DNA of 32,000 nt from Candidatus Electronema halotolerans (GTDB taxonomy: Bacteria > Desulfobacterota > Desulfobulbia > Desulfobulbales > Desulfobulbaceae): contig OW818675.1 of assembly GCA_942493095.1 (NCBI GenBank), positions 2,520,001 through 2,552,000 of the forward strand. Direction: 5' to 3'. This document shows, piece after piece, positions 27,396 to 32,000 of the stretch (within the stretch, counting starts at the first letter, position 1; each line of letters begins with the position of its first letter). The notes below the pieces were generated by a model. The model was given only the letters and a program-made list of their open reading frames with translations. It made no database searches and was not told the origin of the DNA. The position numbers and the translations under genes were made by a program.

Positions 27396-28637
27396 ATGAT
27401 TGAGAAAAAATATCGAGCAGATATTCTGCAAAGCCGCTCGTTCGACGAACTGCGGGAAAAAATAGCCGCCGGGCTGGAAAGATACCGCGACCTGCTGCCT
27501 GCCGACCCCAGGGCCAGCATTCTGCTCAAGCCGAATCTGAACAGCAACATGAACGCTCTGACCGGCAACACCACAGACCTGCGCCTCATCGCCGCTGTGC
27601 TGCTCTTTCTCAAGCAGGCAGGCTATGAGAACATCACCATTGGCGAGGGCACCAACAGCGGCTTTTACCGCAGCGGCATCAGCGTGATCACCCGGCTGCG
27701 GGTCGATACGCTGGCCCGGCACTATGGAGTCAAGTGCATTGACCTCAACTATTCCCAGCCGGTGCCCATTCCTTTTGCTGACGGCGTGCAGGCTGGCATT
27801 GCCAAGGAATGCGCAGAGGCGGATTTCTTCATCAACATGCCCAAGCTGAAAACCCATTTTGAAGCAGGCATGACCGTCTGTCTGAAAAATTTGATCGGCT
27901 GCTTGGTTGGCCAAGAAAACAAGAAAAAGACCCATCTGGCCTTGGCAGACAATATTGTCAGCATCACGGAAAACTGCCGCCCGCATCTGCACATTGTTGA
28001 CGGGCTGATGGCAATGGAAGGTCTGGGGCCGACCAAAGGCACGCCAGTGCGGACAGACACAGTTTTCATTGGCACTGATCCCTATTTTCTCGACCTGCTT
28101 GCGGCCCGCTTCGCCTCCTGCGACATCGACACCATCGGCCCGCTGCAAGCCGCCCGGCGGCGGGGCTTGATCAGCGAAGAACTGCGGCGGCAGGCAGAGG
28201 CATTTCCGCTGCCTGTTTATGAACGGCCTTTTGCCCCGCCCAAGGCCGGGCCGCTCGCCTCTTTCATCCATCACCCCAAACGGCAGAAATACTTTCTCGC
28301 CATCCGCAACACCCGGTTCTTCAATTGGGCTTGCAGCACGGAATTGGTCGGCAAGCTCCTCTTCCTGACTGACCTGCGCCAAGATGTCTTTTTGGATGAG
28401 GAAATGGACTGCGAGGGCCTGAGCGTAGTTGTGGACAAATGCGACCGCTGCGGCAAGTGCGCGGCCTACTGTCCGCTCGGCCTGTCCCTGCCAGAAGATA
28501 TAACCAACAAGGCCTGCATCCGCTGCCTCTACTGCTTCTGCGTCTGTCCGCAGGAGGCAATCCAATTTCACGGCAAACTCGGCTTCATGGCCGAGCAGAT
28601 CAAGCAGTACGACGCGCTGATCCGCAAGTCGGCCTGA
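27396..28637 (+). CDS. DUF362 domain protein with C-terminal 4Fe-4S ferredoxin motifs
   Basis: ASILLKPNLNSN, INMPKLKTHFEAGMTVCLKNLIG, HLHIVDGLMAMEGLGPTKGTP, CDRCGKCAAYCP and CIRCLYCFCVCPQEAI. Confidence 0.92.
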   Translation: MIEKKYRADILQSRSFDELREKIAAGLERYRDLLPADPRASILLKPNLNSNMNALTGNTTDLRLIAAVLLFLKQAGYENITIGEGTNSGFYRSGISVITRLRVDTLARHYGVKCIDLNYSQPVPIPFADGVQAGIAKECAEADFFINMPKLKTHFEAGMTVCLKNLIGCLVGQENKKKTHLALADNIVSITENCRPHLHIVDGLMAMEGLGPTKGTPVRTDTVFIGTDPYFLDLLAARFASCDIDTIGPLQAARRRGLISEELRRQAEAFPLPVYERPFAPPKAGPLASFIHHPKRQKYFLAIRNTRFFNWACSTELVGKLLFLTDLRQDVFLDEEMDCEGLSVVVDKCDRCGKCAAYCPLGLSLPEDITNKACIRCLYCFCVCPQEAIQFHGKLGFMAEQIKQYDALIRKSA

Positions 28638-28896
28638 CTGTTCTCTGTGCGCACTGCGGGCTGTTTCAGCGAGCCTTGTGCATGAACAAGCGACATTTTT
28701 TGGCAGCACCCCGCAGTCTTTCCGAACCCCTTCCAGCATTTTTCTCAACCAGCAATGCCGCCATGTTATGCTGATTCATTCTCATACAGGCACTTGCATT
28801 CCCGTTTGGCATGGCTTACACTTTTTCTTGAAGACTGCCTGCTGAAAATGCGCCTGTCGAAGAGTGGGCATCACTGCTTTTGTCAAAGGAGGAAAA

Positions 28897-29829
28897 ATGT
28901 TCCTGTTCACAAGGCATTTCGTGATCTTCCTATTCTCTTTTTCGCTCTTGTCCCAAGCGGCGGCCAGCATTGGGGCTGCCAAGGAAAAGGTCATCGCTTT
29001 TGCTCAGGACACGATGGCCAATGATTATCGCAAAGAGCAGGTTTACGAGGTGCGTGATGCGCTTGCCGAGCATCCAGAAATCAAATTTGTCTATTCGGAT
29101 GCCAAAGGTCAGACTTCTCTGCTTATTCGTCAAATAGAGAAATTCATTGCCGCAAAGGTGGATATACTTATTGTCGGGACCAATGATCCTGATGCTGTTG
29201 TGCCAGTTGTTGAAAAAGCGCATCAGCTTGGCATTGCAGTCATCATTTTAGACAGAGGCGTTCATGCCAACCAATACACGGTGTTCATCAATTCAGATAA
29301 CATTGAAATTGGGGCAATCGGGGCGGAATATATTGCTGCACAGCTCAATGGCAAAGGCGATGTCCTGCTTTTTGAAGGCCTGCCCAAGGCGGATGTGACC
29401 CAGCTGCGCACCAAGGGCTTTCTTGATGCAATCAGCAAATACAAAGCAATCAAGGTGATCCGGCGGACAGGAAATTATCTGCGCAAGGATGCGATCATTG
29501 AAATGGAGAAACTTATCGCCCAAGGGATTCATCTTGATGCGATTTTCTCAGAAAGTGACAGCATGTTGAGCGGAGTGCGTTCCGCTTTGAAGCGCCACAA
29601 TCTGGATCCGGCAAAAAGTATTATGGTTGGCTGTGATTACACCAGCGAGGCGCAGGAGGCGATCAAAAAAGGTGCTCAGACCGCATCAATTCTTTTTCCT
29701 TTGGGAGGACATAAAACTGCCGAGATTGCCCTCAAGATTCTTCGAGGGGAAGAGGTTCCGAAACATATTATTATTCCTGTCAAACTTGTGACCAAAGAGA
29801 ATGTCAACGAAGTCGCGCCTGTTTTTTAA
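28897..29829 (+). CDS. Periplasmic sugar-binding-like protein (RbsB/LuxP fold family)
   Basis: Signal peptide after AAAGGAGG SD; QIEKFIAAKVDILIVGTNDPDAVVPVVEKAHQLGIAVIILDRGV, FINSDNIEIGAIGAEYIAAQLNGKGDVLLFEG, GIHLDAIFSESDSMLSGVRSAL. No ABC permease/ATPase next to it. Confidence 0.88.
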   Translation: MFLFTRHFVIFLFSFSLLSQAAASIGAAKEKVIAFAQDTMANDYRKEQVYEVRDALAEHPEIKFVYSDAKGQTSLLIRQIEKFIAAKVDILIVGTNDPDAVVPVVEKAHQLGIAVIILDRGVHANQYTVFINSDNIEIGAIGAEYIAAQLNGKGDVLLFEGLPKADVTQLRTKGFLDAISKYKAIKVIRRTGNYLRKDAIIEMEKLIAQGIHLDAIFSESDSMLSGVRSALKRHNLDPAKSIMVGCDYTSEAQEAIKKGAQTASILFPLGGHKTAEIALKILRGEEVPKHIIIPVKLVTKENVNEVAPVF

Positions 29830-29833
29830 CAGG

Positions 29834-32000
29834 ATGAAGAGCCTCAAATTAACAGGCAAGCTTTCGCTGCTCATCATCTTTGGCATTATTGTTTCAACAG
29901 GAGCTTTGGGATTCTATTTTGACTCTTTTCTGAAAACAAACTTTCTTGAAGATGCGACTAAACGAATATTGTATGGTTTTCAGCGGCTTGAATTTGACAC
30001 GGTTGCCATATCTCAGGAATTGCTGGAGGGGATTTCCTTCATCCAAACTGATGAGCATTTTTTAGCTTCCATTGATCTGATCAACAACTATCAGGATAAA
30101 GACAACTACAACGCTGTCCTGCTCGATGAAGAGAAAAAAATTATCAACAGGCAGCTGCTCACCCGGGTTAAACTCTCTTTAAATCACCGCATAGTGCTGT
30201 ATGACAGAGATGAGGAGCTGGTCGCCTTTGTTGAACAGGAGCAAGATGGATATCGTCTTTATTTTGTTTCATACTCAGGTGGGCGGAAAACCTTGTGCAG
30301 CCGCCGTGAAGATCAGAAATTGTATGTCTGTGATCCTTTTCCTGCAACTCTGCCTGTTGATCTTCATCATCACTCCTATTACTCACATGCTTCGGCCAGG
30401 CAGGGCACGCTCACCTATCATATAGACAACGGGCATATCAGAATAAGTTCCCACTTGAGCATCTTTGATGATGCGGATGAGAATATATTGGCGCATATTG
30501 AGATGTCACATATTTTTCATGACGAATATTTCACAAACTTGTCTAAGGATATGGGACTTGTGATCAAAGGAAGCACGGACCGGAAAGACCATGTCAATGT
30601 GAATTTTCTATCGGCGACAACCAGTTTGGAGAATTTTTCCATTGCTGACGGGGAGGCATCCTGTTTCAGCACTGCAAAAATTGACACCTTGGACGGCGCT
30701 TTTTTCTACCATGTCGCGCTCAATAAAGAAAAGCTGCTCGTCTCATTAAAGAAGAACAGAGAACAGCTTTATATTATTGTCAGCATTGTTACTGCTCTGG
30801 TTCTGGTGCTGCTTCACTTTGTCTTTGCTAAAACCCTTGTCAAGCCGCTGGAACTGCTCATGGAGCAAATCCGCAAAATCGAAGCTCAGGATTACACACC
30901 ATCGACCTTGGCGCAAACTGGTGATGAACTGGAAACTATATCAAAAAACATCAACCAGTTGGCCAGCACCATCCAAGACCGCGAAGATGCCCTGCTGGCC
31001 TCGCAGAAAAACTTGGAGTATCTTTCGCATCATGATCCATTGACCGGTCTGCCCAACCGCCGTCTGTTCATGTCGCATTTGCAGCAGGCCCAAGGGCAGG
31101 AAGCCAGACTTGCGGTGCTCTTTCTGGACCTTGATGAATTCAAACAGATCAACGACACCTTGGGTCATGATGTCGGCGACCAGCTTCTTGTGGAAGTATC
31201 TTTGCGGCTGGCTGCGGTGATGCGTTCTTCAGGCATCTTGGCCCGCATCGGCGGGGATGAGTTCAATATTCTGCTGGAGCATGTTGCATCTGCTCATGAG
31301 GTCGAGGCGGCAGCTGAAGCGCTGCTGGCGGTGTTCAGGAAACCTTTTGCCTGCGCCGGACATGAGCTGAACACCAGTGTCAGCATTGGGGCGGCGTTCC
31401 ATCCTGATGACGGTGAAGATGCAGTCACCTTGATCAGACATGCCGACATGGCCATGTATCAGGCCAAGGCTACAGGCGGCAATGGCTGCTGCTTTTTCTC
31501 TGCTGACTTGGCAGCCCGGGTGCAGCAGCGCATCGACCGGATCAACGCCCTGAAAAGGGCACTGCTCCATCTTGATGAATTTCACCTGCTGCATCAGCCG
31601 AAAGTGTCCCTGCTGACCGGCAGGGTGGAAGGAATGGAGGCATTGATACGCTGGCAGAGTGCCAGCTTGGGCTTTATGCGGCCTGATCAGTTCATTCCGC
31701 TGGCGGAAGAGACCGGTTTGATCATTCCCTTGGGTGCATGGGTGGCGGAACAGGCCTTCAGAGATTTTCTGACCTTGCAAAAAGCAGGCTGTCCAATTCG
31801 CAAGGTCAGCATCAACCTTTCAGCTGTTCAACTCCTGAACAGCGATATCGTTGCCATGATTACAAAAGCTGTCAGCAGAACCGGCATCCTGCCGGAGCAG
31901 ATTGAACTGGAGATAACCGAAAGCTGCATTGCCATCAATGAGAAGAAAATTATTCAGACACTCAGGCAGCTCCGCAGCATGAAGATTGAGCTGGCCATAG
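29834..32000 (+). CDS. Membrane sensor with periplasmic domain, HAMP-like region, GGDEF and EAL domains (3' end outside window)
   Basis: MKSLKLTGKLSLLIIFGIIVSTGALGFYF, second TM YIIVSIVTALVLVLLHFVFAKTLVKPLE, HHDPLTGLPNRRLF...LARIGGDEFNILL, GMEALIRWQ...PDQFIPLAEETGLI...EITESCI. Read from the raw sequence; open to the edge. Confidence 0.93.
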   Translation, partial: MKSLKLTGKLSLLIIFGIIVSTGALGFYFDSFLKTNFLEDATKRILYGFQRLEFDTVAISQELLEGISFIQTDEHFLASIDLINNYQDKDNYNAVLLDEEKKIINRQLLTRVKLSLNHRIVLYDRDEELVAFVEQEQDGYRLYFVSYSGGRKTLCSRREDQKLYVCDPFPATLPVDLHHHSYYSHASARQGTLTYHIDNGHIRISSHLSIFDDADENILAHIEMSHIFHDEYFTNLSKDMGLVIKGSTDRKDHVNVNFLSATTSLENFSIADGEASCFSTAKIDTLDGAFFYHVALNKEKLLVSLKKNREQLYIIVSIVTALVLVLLHFVFAKTLVKPLELLMEQIRKIEAQDYTPSTLAQTGDELETISKNINQLASTIQDREDALLASQKNLEYLSHHDPLTGLPNRRLFMSHLQQAQGQEARLAVLFLDLDEFKQINDTLGHDVGDQLLVEVSLRLAAVMRSSGILARIGGDEFNILLEHVASAHEVEAAAEALLAVFRKPFACAGHELNTSVSIGAAFHPDDGEDAVTLIRHADMAMYQAKATGGNGCCFFSADLAARVQQRIDRINALKRALLHLDEFHLLHQPKVSLLTGRVEGMEALIRWQSASLGFMRPDQFIPLAEETGLIIPLGAWVAEQAFRDFLTLQKAGCPIRKVSINLSAVQLLNSDIVAMITKAVSRTGILPEQIELEITESCIAINEKKIIQTLRQLRSMKIELAI

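Noticed and set aside
27354-28748. 464-aa minus-strand ORF
   Set aside because: Fully antisense to the DUF362/ferredoxin gene, low-complexity shadow translation; the plus-strand product has clear conserved motifs.
28780-28810. Sigma54 promoter (TTGGCATGGCTTACAC)
   Set aside because: The GG and GC elements do not have the required spacing and the GC element is absent.
28640-28896. Possible c-di-GMP (GEMM-type) riboswitch upstream of the binding protein/GGDEF-EAL pair
   Set aside because: CGAAGAGTGGGCATCACTGCTTTT is faintly reminiscent of the GEMM core, but the conserved CAGGGCAAACC-like 5' part and receptor helix are not visible. An Infernal search would settle it.
1-32000. CRISPR array, rRNA, transposase or integrase
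   Set aside because: I looked for regularly spaced repeats, rRNA-like sequence, DDE/tyrosine recombinase motifs and terminal inverted repeats; none was evident by eye.

Overview
This is mostly an ordinary bacterial chromosomal segment. It is consistent with a sulfur-metabolising Desulfobacterota-like organism, because a complete DsrC homologue is present. The order from left to right is: a minus-strand GTPase (partial) and DUF2868-like membrane protein pair; a metallophosphoesterase; a plus-strand exported rhodanese behind an unusually structured leader; a membrane protein; DUF167/YggU; YggT; a nitroreductase; Era; an M20/PepT-like peptidase; an AT-rich island with a small membrane protein and a HigBA/RelE-like toxin-antitoxin pair; DjlA-like; FtsY; Lon; tRNA(CAU); a zinc metallopeptidase; NAD kinase; ProC; DsrC; a SurA/PpiD-type chaperone; a 1389-aa SNF2-family helicase; a CxxC thioredoxin-like protein; a C5 DNA methyltransferase; a putative restriction endonuclease; a DUF362/ferredoxin protein; and a periplasmic sugar-binding-like protein followed directly by a membrane GGDEF/EAL protein cut by the window edge. 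The observations most worth following up are four. (1) The methyltransferase/endonuclease cassette is bracketed by exact 21-bp direct repeats, one of them inside the thioredoxin-like gene. (2) A SNF2 helicase is tightly coupled to a CxxC protein upstream of that cassette. (3) A LuxP/LuxQ-like arrangement pairs a binding protein with a c-di-GMP enzyme. (4) A multi-hairpin leader with competing pairings precedes the rhodanese gene. None is proven to be a new system. All family calls come from sequence motifs read by eye, without database searches.
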